From Antedon mediterranea (lineage: Eukaryota > Animalia > Echinodermata), in assembly GCF_964355755.1 (NCBI RefSeq), contig NC_092671.1, positions 16,926,001 to 16,990,000 on the forward strand: 64,000 nt of DNA. Reading direction: 5' to 3'. The notes beneath the pieces are model-generated. The model made no database searches and was not told where the DNA came from. It saw only the letters and a program-made list of their open reading frames with translations. Positions 38,901 to 51,840 of the stretch are shown piece after piece (the stretch's first letter is position 1; each line of letters begins with the position of its first letter). The translations under genes and the position numbers were made by a program.

Positions 38901-40216
38901 CAAAACAAATTTCATTATATTCCAAGGCAGGAGAAAAACAGTCACAACTATAGGTAATATTATAATTGATAATCTGTGGAATGCACTACCGGTCAATATT
39001 ACAGACGCCTTTGTTTGCGGAAGTTGGGTACAATTTAAAAACATGTTAATGGACCACTTTAAAAACACTATGCCTCTTTAATGTATATAATCATAGTATT
39101 TATATTACTTATTTACATTGTTTTATGTTTTATTGTATGCTTTGAGTGCTGGTGTGGCACGCCTTATGGCGACAGTGGTCCTTCGACCTCTTTTGCCACT
39201 CCTTGGCACACTCGAAGTCTATGTATTGTTTTAATTGCTAAAATTAATAAAATAAATAAATAAATAATAAGTACATCAAGGAAGTATCTGAAGTCAGGTT
39301 TATTGGCCTAATTATGGATAAACATTTGACATGGAAAAACCACATAGAGAAAATTAGAACTACTATTAAAAGACAAATTTGAATCATTTTTAAATTGAGA
39401 CATTTTCTTCCACAGAATATTCTTTCATTAATTTACAAATCATTTATACAACCACATATCATGTATGGCCTTGAGATTTGGGCAAGCACTTATTCATCGT
39501 ATTTACAACCTATCTTTTTACTTCAGAAAATGGCAGTGAGAGCAATTTCTTTTAGTGACTTTACCTCCCAGTCTCAACCTTTATTTAAACAATTTAATTT
39601 GCTAGATGTATTTAAGTTACACAAATTATGTATTTCCTTATTCATGTTTGATCTGTATCACGATAAATTGCCTCATGATCTAAACGAATATGTAACACTT
39701 ATCACCCATTCTCATGAAACTAGACAAAAATGTAAGGGAAATCTATACAACAACCTAAGGCAAATAGTACGAAATACCAATACAAGTCCTGGAAATTAAA
39801 TATAGGAAACATTTTACAACCCAAGTCATAGAACTCCTGTTGGAATCATAAAATTTATGAGTAAATGTATAGCATTAATATATACATGTGTGTATGTGTA
39901 TGTATAATACAATTGAAACGGAATGATGTATGTGTATATATATATATATATAATTTACAGTATGATTTATATATATATATATATATATACATCTATTATT
40001 ATTATTACTATTATACTATTATTTATTAGTAATTAAATTCTATCATAATATGATTTGTTTGATTTGAATAAAATTGAAATCTTTTAGTTATACAGAGAGT
40101 AGAGCTAGATAGGCATGAAGTTGCCTTTTCTCTTCTTCCTTTTTATCCAATTATTTTAATATTTTTTATTATAATGTTATGTTTATGTATTTTTTTGGAT
40201 GAATAAAGAAAGAAAT
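35985..40216 (+). mobile_element. Decayed CR1/L2-group (Crack/Daphne-like) LINE: ORF1 plus APE-RT ORF2
   Basis: ORF1 LDDL*HNSRRNCLRLFGIPE...IDRSHR...PRPIIVKF. APE motifs GISEVW, GDFN, IDHIYTN and SDHFPI. RT motifs NYRPIS, DMAKAFD, GVPQGSVLGP and FADDS. Multiple stops and frameshifts. Confidence 0.92.
38974..39265 (+). mobile_element. 5'-truncated LINE 3' end nested inside the RT of the larger LINE
   Basis: LWNALP...FKNMLMDHF* plus UTR and (AAAT)n tail. The host frame IIDN resumes as KYIKEVSEVRFIGLIMDKHLTWKNHI afterwards. Confidence 0.8.
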
Positions 40217-41880
40217 CATATCCATTTTGGTTGTACTAGCCCACAATGATAATACATAGGATCTATTTAGCCCTGTGCGGTACCCTACCCATTTCATTTG
40301 CACTCGCGAAAAGTGATAATAATTAGGATTCATTTTAGCACTGTGCGCTACCATACCCATTTTGGTTGTACTAGTGCACAATGATAATACATAGGATCTA
40401 TTTTAGCACTGTGCGCTACTATACCCATTTTGGTATAGCATTCGCGCATAGTTAAAATAAATAGGATTCATTTTAGCACTGTGCGCTACCATACCCATTT
40501 TGGTTACATTCGCGCACAGTGATAATAAATAGGATTTAGTTTAGCACTGTGCGCTACCCTACCCATATTGGTTGCAATCGCAAACAGTAATAATAAATAT
40601 GATTCATTTTAGCACTGTGCGCTACTATACCTATTTTGGTTGCACTCGCGCATAGTGATAATAAATAGGATGTAGTTTAGCACTGAGCGCTACCATACAC
40701 ATTTTGGTAGTACTTGAACACAGTGATAATAAATATGATTTAGTTTAGCACTGTGCGCTACTATACGCATTTTAGTTGCACTCGCGCATAGTGATAGGCC
40801 TAATACATACGATCTAGTTTAGCACTGTGCGCTACTGTACCCATTTTGGTTGTAACTAGCACACAATGATAATACATAGGATCTATTTTTTTCTATTTAA
40901 AAAACAAACAAAAAAATGTGTATAATACTTTTCTATTACTTATTTCATATTCATATTGATAATCCCAGTGAGTTATTAATTTTCATTTATGTAATTAATT
41001 TTCTTCAGATTTTTCTTTCTCAGAAATGATATACGTTCTAGTTTAAGTTTTATTTATTTTAAAAGGCCAAAACTCGATAAGCGAAAGCTTTTTTTTTGTC
41101 TTTTGTCTTTAGTTTAGATTTTATGTATGTGAAAAAGAACAAACAAGAAAGAAAGACAATAAAGATTATTATTATTTTAGCACTGTGCGCTACTATACCC
41201 ATTTTGGTAGCAATCGCGCAGAGTGATAATAAATAGGATTTAGTTTAGCACTGTTCGGTACTATACACATTTTGGTAGCATTCGCGCACAGTTAAAATAA
41301 ATAGGATTCATTTTAGCACTGTGCGCTACCATACCCATTTTGGTTACACTCGCAAACAGTGATAATAAATAGGATTTAGTTTAGCACTATGCGCTACCAT
41401 ATCCATTTTGGTTACACTCGCGCACAGTGATTATAAATAAGATTTAGTTTAGCACTGAGCGCTACAATTCCCATTTTGCTTGCACTCGCGAACAGTAATA
41501 ATAAATAGGATTTATTTTAGCATTGTGCGCTACTATATCCATTTTGGTTACACTCGCAAACAGTAATACTAAATATGATTCATTTTAGCACTGTGCGCTT
41601 CTATATCCATTTTGGTTGCACTCGCGCAGAGTGATAATAAATAGGATTTAGTTTAGCACTGTGCGCTACCCTACCCATTTTGGTTACACTCGCAAACAGT
41701 AATACTAAATATGATTCATTTTAGCACTGTGCGCTTCTATATCCATTTTGGTTGCACTCGCGCAGAGTGATAATAAATAGGATTTAGTTTAGCACTGTGC
41801 GCTCCATATCCATTTAGGTTGTACTAGCGCACAATGATAATACATAGGATCTATTTTAGAACTGTGCGCTAATATACGCT
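40217..41880 (-). repeat. Satellite array B, right part; 68-bp monomer, interrupted at about 40890-41170
   Basis: AGCACTG recurs at 40337 and 40405, and onward at about 68-bp spacing. Confidence 0.95.
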
Positions 41881-44104
41881 ACTATTGTAAAATTGTTTTT
41901 ATATTAATCATTATTTGAAACGTTCAAGGATATTTCGCGTTGGCACCTATCTAATGTGTCAACGGCTGCAGTTGAGTTATAGTACTTACCCCACTATGGT
42001 GTGAGCAGAGATTCCCTGGTGCTGGTCCAAAACAAATCAAATTGCTTCTGGGTTGGCTCCGTATCACTATTTTGTGTGCTTGTATAATATGGTACGATAT
42101 CAATTGAACGTAAGTAGTAGAAATACAACGTAGTAGAAATACTTGCTGCTTGCTCGCCGGTTCGTAGTAGAGTTGAACGTAGCACCTGCTAATTAATTTT
42201 TGTGTGTCTTGTGTGAGTTAATCTCACGTTTATTTAAATTCTCATTGGTGAATATATTATAATACATATAAGTACATTTGTGACAATTAAAAGTAAGTGT
42301 TTAAAGTAGTTAAATACTGGTATATTTACATAATAAGATGCTTGAATTTAAAATTTTAGATACGATGTTAATTAAAATGTAAAAATGAGAAATGGCGGTA
42401 AAATACATGATTAAAGTTTTCTCGTTAAACTATCTTATTTGTGATCTTATTTGTGTTCGAGTAGAGAGGCTATAAACTCAGAGGAGGAAAATGTAGTATC
42501 CTCCCTTTTCACCAAGATAAAAAGGATGAAATGAAAAAAGAGGAATGCAAAAGTTTGAAAGTTATTTAGAATGATAACGTGCAATGATATATTTAATGAG
42601 TCCATACACTGTGCAAGTCCAAGATGCGATTTTGGCTCTGTGCGTATGTGAGACGCTTCATACCCGATGTCACCTTAGTACAACTACTACTTACAATTTG
42701 TATTTACGATATAAAATATTGCAAATATAGAAAAATATATATATTGGACAAATACAAATACATGCAGATAACATTGACATGTATATAAATATTGCAAATA
42801 TAGAAAAATATATATTTATATATATTAAAAATTAAATACCAATACATACAGATTATATTGACATGCCATCAATTATATTGCATCACCAATGATTAAATGA
42901 TTCATGAAGCGGGATATCATATACACATACATGTATTTGAATAACTGTCATCTTAAAAAGTATAACTGATGCCTACCTGCTAATTAATATTAAAATATAC
43001 TAATTGCTTCTATATCAGCTCCCCTAAAGCTTTTACGAAACACACTCAATACTTTCGTAGTGAGAAATCAGGTAGGCCTAATGACCTAAAATGCCCCCGA
43101 TATGTATGTTGTAGCCAACATTTTGACATTGTATCGCATGGAACACCTTAGAATGGTTTCAAGAGGGTTGGAAACGCTGAAAGTAAATTTTATGATTTTA
43201 TTTAAATAACCTGCGACGTCACAAAGAATGGAATGTCTTCGGAAGCATTGGGATACTTGGAAATGTCACCCTAACAAAAATTTAAGTTCAAGAAAAGATG
43301 TCAACCCTGTTCTGACACTGGTGGTTCTGATTGGTCGGTTAAAATGCTTACGTTTAATGTAGTTTTATTCATTCATTATTATTTACAAAGTAAAACCCAA
43401 TTGGGTCGACGAGCTGGAAGGCTCAGTGGGCTTGTATTGAGGCTATGACCCTGGGGGTAGCAGGATCGATTCTCTACTTGACAATTTAGAAAAAAAATGT
43501 TTTAATTTGAGAGAGATTATTTAGAGGGTTAGGTTTTTAATATTTAGGACGAGTTTTATTATTTATGTTTTTCATCAAGACAAGGCCGTCAGACAGATAG
43601 ATGCACTATTAGACTACGATGCCACATACATGACCAAAGTGAGTACAGACACTATCCCAACATTCACTTCCAACATCTAAATCAGTAGGTGAGAGGATGC
43701 ATTCCCCGTATGGGTAATGCATCCTCTCACCACCAGAATCCTTCAAATATACAGTTATCCTCCAAGCACAGGAATATAACACAAAAGTATGTGCAACATC
43801 AAAACAGTTCAAGACATGTACCAGTAGATAGAAATCCCTTCACCATGCCTTCAACAAGTAATTGTACCTGGTCATTTTGCTAACACCTTCATCTTTTAAT
43901 TATTGTGCAGCGGCACAACATCTATAAATGTACAGGTAGCCCCCGAGGTAGCCCCTTTCATTCGGCCAGACGCAACACTATCCCTAGTTCCGAAAAACTC
44001 TGGATCGGAAATGAAATGTAGGGGCGATGAATAAAGACATTTCTATAGTACAATAAAATATAGCACCAACAAAAATATAATTTCTTTCAACCGCAATCAT
44101 AATA

Positions 44105-44370
44105 TGGCGTAGTGGAGGTGTGACTGACAGCGCTTGTGGTTGGCGAAAACCACGTCTCTGGTTCTTTGAACGATGGTTGAAAAGTGTCAGTAGGGTTTTT
44201 TATACTGGCTATATCTACGCTTATATAGCGCCCCTATGGCTTTTGATAAAAGACTATAATGTGTTATGATATCGCTGCATCGCAAACCGGTCGGATGGCT
44301 GCCTTGCATTCGCAACGTCATGTTGTAGCCCTCGGCAAGGGTTCGAAACTATTTTCCCCTTCTTTTTTTT
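44105..44370 (+). mobile_element. Probable SINE body (Meta-domain-like) or Pol III-type RNA
   Basis: GC-richer island containing GGCTATATCTACGCTTATATAGCGCCCCTATGGC and GCTGCATCGCAAACCGG, ending in a T-run. The family is recalled, not verified. Confidence 0.4.
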
Positions 44371-44434
44371 ACTCACCATCTTCTACTGCATGTGTCTTTT
44401 AATCTATGTACGTAATTTGTGTGAGGTGATATCG

Positions 44435-44730
44435 TATGCCATGTCAAGACGGACATAACTATGCCAAATTGACACCGCGTGTCGAGTTTACACATCGCTC
44501 ATGTCGAATTTACACATCGCTCATGTCGAGAATTTACTCGAAATGTGCGATGTGTAAATACTCAACATGTGCGATGTGTAAAAACACGACATGCGCGATG
44601 TGTAAAAACTCGCCGCGCGTGATGTACAAAAGCTCGTCATGTGCGCGATGTGTAAAACACAACCGGAAGTTACCGATATAACCTGACACAAGCGTGCAAC
44701 ATATTTATGTCCGTCCTGGCGTGCCATAAT
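44435..44730. mobile_element. MITE with internal about 22-bp repeats
   Basis: TATGCCATGTCAAGACGGACATAA / TTATGTCCGTCCTGGCGTGCCATA inverted ends; internal TGTGCGATGTGTAAA units in both orientations. Confidence 0.6.
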
Positions 44731-45090
44731 AAATTGCACGGTAGGCCAACATAGTACAAAAAAAATACAAAAAACAACAGTAAGTCAAGTTAAATATTTA
44801 ATGTGTCATTTCAACACAGACAAATAAATATACTGTACTTATATCTAAAAACATGAATTATTGATGATTATTATTATAGTCAATTCGAAAAGTACAATAT
44901 AGACAGACCTGCATTACATCAATTCAACTTCTTCATTGTAGATTACATCATTAATCACAACAAATACATCATTACGCCATAGAAATATACTCTGAGCATT
45001 GATGGCCCATATTGGAGATGAATTAAAATGATTGGATTCATATTGTTTCGATGTGCTTTTTAAAAACATTGTTATAAATCGAATAACTGT

Positions 45091-48000
45091 CTATTTCTTG
45101 TTCTCATTCCGCATCATCGTTGCGAACTCTGCAAAAAATGATTAAAATAATCGCAAATTAAAATTTAAGTTTTCACGCCCAAATTGGATGAGAGACTCAT
45201 TTGGTCGAAAAGCAATCATACTAGGAAATTCATAACCGGAGGATGTAGTATATAATTACACACATTTATTCACAATTCACAATTAGGCTACATTTACAAT
45301 ATTTAATAGTATACCAAAAGAAGCGAGTGCTTTGTCAATTTGGTAAACATTATTTAAATGCATCTAAATGTATACAACATTCAACACAAATTACGTACAA
45401 AAAAGTAAAAACATTGGTCGCGGGCGACCGGTCAGCACCTCCGGTGGGGCACTCCCCAGCTTTGGGGATACGGAAAAAAATTTACCCTCTTTAATAGTGA
45501 CGCACATAAGCGTGACCACCAATCAAAGTGACCACCACAGGTGAGGTATAAAAGGACAAACAAAATCTGTTTGTCACCCGAAAGCACTATACCGATCATG
45601 AGGCATATAATAGGCTTAATGTTTTTGTTTATTTTCTCCTCTGTTTTAGATGTACTCAATATCATTTCTTTAGTTTCTTTTTAAACAGACTATAGGTATT
45701 TTAATATATTGGTTTTATAGAGCGCGTTCCAATTATTTGGTCCGAGATTGAATATGGATCTATGACTTATTGCAAGTCTGGAGAATGGTAAGCACATTTT
45801 CGTTGAATTTCTAAGGGTTTTTGCGCGTTCACTTTTTTTTACTTTAATCAAGGATTTCATACAAGTGAGGGGGTAAATGTCGAAGATGAAATTTAAACAT
45901 GAAAAACTGTTTAGATTTTGAGTAGGTTAAATTGTTTAAATAAGGGACGTGATCTAGTATCTGTCTCTGAGTTCGTTTTTATTCTAACTATTAATTTTGG
46001 TAACTTGGGTAGTTTTTCAGTAAGTGTTGGATATTCATTTCCCCATACAATGTTTCCATATTGAAGCTGTGGCAAGATAAGAGCATTATATAGATGTATT
46101 AATATGTACAGGAAATATATTTTTAACTTTGCAGACGATACCAATGGCCTTAGAAACCTTATTACATATATATTTGATGTGGGGTTTCCAGCTTAAATAT
46201 TCGTTTGTAACAATAAGAAAGTAATATGTTCTAATCTCTTTAGGTTTGTACCATTAATTTCTATGGGAATATTTTGTCTCGGTATGACAATTCTTTGTGT
46301 TAGGAAAATAACATAATTACATCATTAATTTTATTTACATTTAGGACAAGTTTGTTTGTTTTTAACTATTCATTGAATTTAGAGAGTTCAGGATTCAATG
46401 TATAGGTCAAGTTTGTGATATATGTATTTGAATAATAGACAGTGATATCATCAGCGTAGGCGATTACCTTAGCTATATTACTGACATAACTTATATCATT
46501 TACATATAGTAATAATAGTAAGTACCTCTAATACCGTAATGATGAATCATTTTTTTATCAAAATGTCATGATTCATTAAGTCAAAGGCTTTTGATAGATC
46601 CATAAAAACACCGACAAGAATTGTATTGGATTCGAAGGATGAGAGAATATCTTCAAGATCAACTAATCAATTCAAGTCAAGTCTCGAACAGACATAGACC
46701 AACCACCCTTTAAAATTTGCGCCATATTCGAGATATGATGTCATTGTCAAGAGGGGCTTATAGGCATAGCCTAGCCTCGACTCCGGATCCAGCAGATGCA
46801 AGTAATACAAGTTGATGTCGTATTTAATAAGAAAGGGTAATATATTGGTAAATTCGTGTAAGACCTCAGTGCGCCCACTCACATCGTGTGACTGAATTTA
46901 AAATAAACTTCCGTCGGTGGTATACCAAATCTATTAAGTTATCAAACTTGATTTAAAATAATATGTCCTTACCTCGATAATCAACATACGAATTATTATC
47001 TGTATCATATCCGTTAAAAATCTGCAAAGCTTCGTCGGTAAACGAATGGCCAAACAGGCGCTGAATTGTGGAACTCAGTTCAGAGCGACTGTATGAAAAT
47101 TGAAAACATAAAAAACACTGTATAACAATAGATTTTTTGTACTTCTTATTGTCACGAACACCGTGGTACGAATAACATAAAAAATAACAGAATGTTTCAA
47201 TGACGAATTAAAAGATGGACATTATTAGTAATATTTGTCAATTTCGGAAATGTATTTACATTTAACTACGTATATGACATAGACGTAACGGACCGACTAG
47301 TTGTTCGTTACAGTTAGCAGACTAGACTAGAACAAAAGATTACCGATATAATTAATTTAATTCATGCGATAGTTTGTTTTTTTTCTTCAAATTTTTATAT
47401 TTTTTATCTTTGAATTATTAAAGTATTATTTTCTATAGAAATCTTTTGAAATGAAATAAATAAAAAAGACTAGATGTTCGTTCAGTTAACCGACTGGGTG
47501 TTCGTTACAGTTAAGGCCAACTCATACAATCGTCTGACTCGTCGGACAAGACAAGTCGTCTTGAGATAGCGTCGGGCGTAGATTTTAGGTCGTCGAGAGA
47601 ACTTTAAATATGTTTAATTTTCTCCCAACGATTGGCCTTTTTAGCCTATTAGAGAATACAATAGAATAGAACTTTGTATATCAATATTCTTATTTTGTCT
47701 GGAAAGATAAAAGTCACTTTAAAACTGGATCCCCTGTAAACATCAACTGCACCCCATACCTCCCAATTCCCTTGGCTGTACCTTACCTGATAACTCCATC
47801 TCCTGATGTATCGTACAATGAGAAGAGCTCGTAGATTTCGGCGTTTGTTGGAGACATACCTGATCTTCTGACAGGAGATTCGTGTATTTCATTGTCCTGA
47901 CTTCTGAATCGAAATCCTTGAAATTAAAGCATGATATTATTAAGTATACTACTTACTGTAGTACACATTATATAATAAACAATATAATCAATAAACAAGC

Positions 48001-48487
48001 ATTCTGATTAAATAAATCGTTAAAATAAAATAAAATTCAAATATACTGTATAGAAAATAATTAATGACGTGGAAAATAAATGATTTTCAAAAATTGCATA
48101 AACTGTATTACAGACACGTGTGCAACATATATATAGTGGGTGTAGTTGTTGTATAGGCCTACCTGTCGAAAGCATACAATTTAGGTTTATAAAAATGAAT
48201 TGGGCTCCTAAACACAGTATTTAAAACTATTATGTTACAAACATTATGTTGTATGATGGACAGTTAGGCTGCTACAGGCCTATACTATGAGGCCTATACT
48301 ATTAGGCCTACTACGACAGATAACTATACTTTATAACCATCATCCGTGGTATAACTATGGGCGGGCCTACTGCAATTTAGATATGTCTCCAACCTGTACG
48401 TTTAAGATGTTTATTCTCGTATGCTGAAACGCTCTGACAAAGGAATGAGGCGCAAATGCAGATGTACATCAAAGTAGTTCCTTCCAT
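45091..48487 (-). CDS. Small secreted two-EF-hand protein, 125 aa. Exons 48487-48394, 47916-47787, 47088-46973, 45128-45091
   Basis: All introns are GT-AG with matching phases (94+130+116+38 = 378 nt). Product: MEGTTLMYICICASFLCQSVSAYENKHLKRTGFRFRSQDNEIHESPVRRSGMSPTNAEIYELFSLYDTSGDGVISRSELSSTIQRLFGHSFTDEALQIFNGYDTDNNSYVDYREFATMMRNENKK. Confidence 0.85.
45600..46660 (-). mobile_element. Degenerate LINE RT/C-terminal fragment in intron 3 of the EF-hand gene
   Basis: Minus-strand fragments VGVFMDLSKAFD, YADD, LYNALILPQLQYGNIVWG and GPNNWNAL, with frameshifts. Confidence 0.8.
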
Positions 48488-50039
48488 TATTACACACTTT
48501 CTAAAATTTATTTTTATAAAAAAAAAATACATATTACGGCAGGTGAGAATAAAATAGTATAACAGATTTGTACCTCTTTCTATATTTCCAGTGGCATTAG
48601 AAGAGTTGGTCACTAGCTTATCTAGCTGCGCTAAACATCTCTAAGGATGTTAGATGTACACCTAAGATTACCCAACTATACTAGAGAAAAAAGGTTACCT
48701 GAATATCTGGTATATCTGAAAAACTTCTTAAATTGTATTTCTCGTGTGTGAAGTTACAGTACGCGAATTAATCAACCCATTCCGCGTTTTTGTCTAATAT
48801 ATAGCGTTCGACAAAACAAACGTCACACTATACACACATAATAACAAGTTTAATATAGAGAAAAGTCAGACTCAATGAGTAGGTGTAATGTGTGTAAAAG
48901 CACTTATCTGCTTCTGTCATATCTTTGTTTAATTCATGCCGAAGACTGAACAAACAGAGAATATGCCAGATACTCGTTTCCAATTAAAATCTTAAATATT
49001 GCGGTTTTGTTACGATACTTAAAAACGAAGCAGCGGGTTGTCGTCAGAACAGACGATTCTGAACAGATATCCAAAGTTATGAAGTACACCGTGTGTTTGA
49101 AGAGAGAATCTGGAGGCGGATTTGTTAACTTAAATCAACGTAATAAACATTATAAATCAATTATTTAAATTAATAGTGTTTACCCAGATTAAACTGAAAG
49201 TGTCAGAAGAGAAGATTTGCATTTTAATATTAGTGGCATCAGTTAATGTCAAATTCAATACGTCGATACGAAAAGCAAAACATGACTTTGCAAACTGATT
49301 TATTAAAAGCAGAACATAGTTCAGTCAGTACAGGTTGAGAAAAAAAGAGACCTGTTTAAAATATGATCGATATGATTTTGTTATGTACAACAGAAACAAC
49401 AAATCAGAGAGAGACAACAAGTCACAGTTCAAAGACTGTATACAAATTATCCCAAAAAGTATCGGTCGAACGCCATTAAAGCAGACAGAGATTTTTATGA
49501 CCAATGCGGGGACCAATGTCACTCCATGGTTTTCACTTTCATTCCCACATCCAATTTACTTAGTGATATGCCACATTAATACTACAACATCGACAACGTC
49601 ACCGATATTTTATGAATAAAAAACGTCGGCATGCTATAAGTAAAAGAAGGAACGTCATTCATGAAGTCCAAAATAGACATTAATGGCCAATTCTAAAGCT
49701 AAATTAACACAAATTAAGGGTGAAAGTTCAATTGTTTCAATAAAGACTCGTCGTATAATTCTAATTATAACTCGTTAATTTTGTAATTGATTCATGAGTT
49801 ACAGGCCTATGACGACTTAATTTAGTAACTAATGAGTCGTCAATATATACGTGCGATGTGTAGGTGTATTATTAAATGGTAAGTAAATATCTGTCATTGC
49901 ATCTCTTACGGCCTGTGATATGTTATCCTTTAGCACGATTGATCTAAAAGGTTGACAGTTGGAAATACCTAGGAAAGCGACTGGTATGTTCATTAAATTA
50001 AGTTAAACATTAATTTAAATTTGTAAAATAGGACTACGA

Positions 50040-50270
50040 TAGACATTGGAGGGGCTTCAACAATATCTAAACAGTAAATGTGAATTGTGCACACAGGGTT
50101 AAACGTCTCATCCGAAGGTCGATCAGTAAGTGGCCTTTGCATAGACACACGAACAGTTAAATTTAAAATGTGCACAAGGGGCCAAAATCTCATCCGAAGC
50201 ACCGAGTGGAGAAGATGTTCAAGGACACAGACGACTGCACACGGGCAAAGGGTTCGACCTGATTTCCATC
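50040..50270 (-). mobile_element. Second Deu-domain SINE family fragment with duplicated core
   Basis: Minus strand contains CTTCGGATGAGA twice (one as CTTCGGATGAGACGTTTAACC), downstream of a B-box-like GGTCGAACC. Confidence 0.45.
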
Positions 50271-51840
50271 ATTCATATCTGGGACGGAACCAGGATTTTT
50301 AAAACGGGAGCACTAACATCTGCGAGGGGCGTGGGGGGGGGGGGGGAGGTGTAGGATTTTGTTAGAGACTTTTAACTAAGTGATTATTTATTTTTAATAC
50401 GGTCCCCTGTAGGGCACCGGAAAATTCACTCTGACCATTCTTTGAGGGTTTAAAATAATATTAAACAAACGTACGTAGATAAGCGGATAAGAAATCCATT
50501 ACCGGTATTTTCTGTAAAAGAATTACAAAATAGTCATACTTTCTAAATATTATTTACCCTAACCCTCTAAATAATCTCTGGTCTCACTATAAAATAAAAC
50601 AATTCTTACATCACACCTAATTCATATTCAATAAGGCAGTTGAATATTCAATATTGTAGTTAAATATAACTAATGAATAATTAACTTGCCTATAAAAATA
50701 TAGCCACCAGCCCGAGGTTTCCCCTTTTTTAACGGACATGCCATTCTGTTATGTAGTTTTACAATGTTGTTATCTATGTTATTTTTAAATTAGAACATAT
50801 GATAAAATATATAGACCTACTGTAGGCTAGGCCATCACAGTTAAAACATCAAGTGAATGATTGCAGTAAAAAACTTAAACCAGGCCTATACACTGAAATT
50901 CAAGAGGTTTTAGCCTAGGGCAGACCTAGTAAATGTCATTTATTACCGTGTTCGAAACGATACTCGTCCCAGCATAATATATACATTTATAAGCCTATAC
51001 AGTGTGTATACATCAGTTGTTTATCTGCAAATACACGATCTACTCGAGCTACAAGGCCACTCCCTGGTGGACCAGACGCAGTGCGATAACATAAATGAAA
51101 TATTTTGGGGATCGTCTCAATTATAGCCAACAGCAAACAATAATGTATACATAATCATGATGTATACATAATCATGATGTAATACAAAACCTCCATGATA
51201 CACAATGTACTGCAGATTGTAGACTGAACCTAGGGATCTTCTTAAAAGTAGTTTTACCCGTAATTGCCGAAATTTGTTAGGCTTTTATATTTAAATAATT
51301 TAACACAATTAGTCTTTCCAAAAATAGATATCAAAAAGTAGTTCACTATTTAATTTTAGCTGTCAAAAGTATGCCCTAAATTCCGCGTCTGTAACCGCTA
51401 ACTTTTATAGAACTACTCAATAAAACATGGCTAGGGAACATGCATAGTAATTATATTTTGAAAGACGGTTCAATAAAAAGTAAAGAGTTATTATCTATTA
51501 TGACGTATTTTCTTTATTTATAACTTTTGCCGTTATCGCGTTTTGACGTAAGAATGCGTACACAACCCCCACATTAATTATGGAATAGTCTCAAGCGCAA
51601 ATTCAACGTAATTGATCACGGTTGAAAGTGCACCGTAAAACAGATACTTGATTACGCATTTTTTAATTTCTGAGAAAATTACATACGTAGATAATGAATA
51701 ATATACCTCAAGTAAAAATATTACGAAAACACTAGAAAGAACATTATACGGCGCCCCCAATAAGCTCTAGTACCAAAATAACCGATATTCAAGAGGCAGA
51801 ACGGGAGTAAGAATATAATATAATACGACGGATGCATTAA

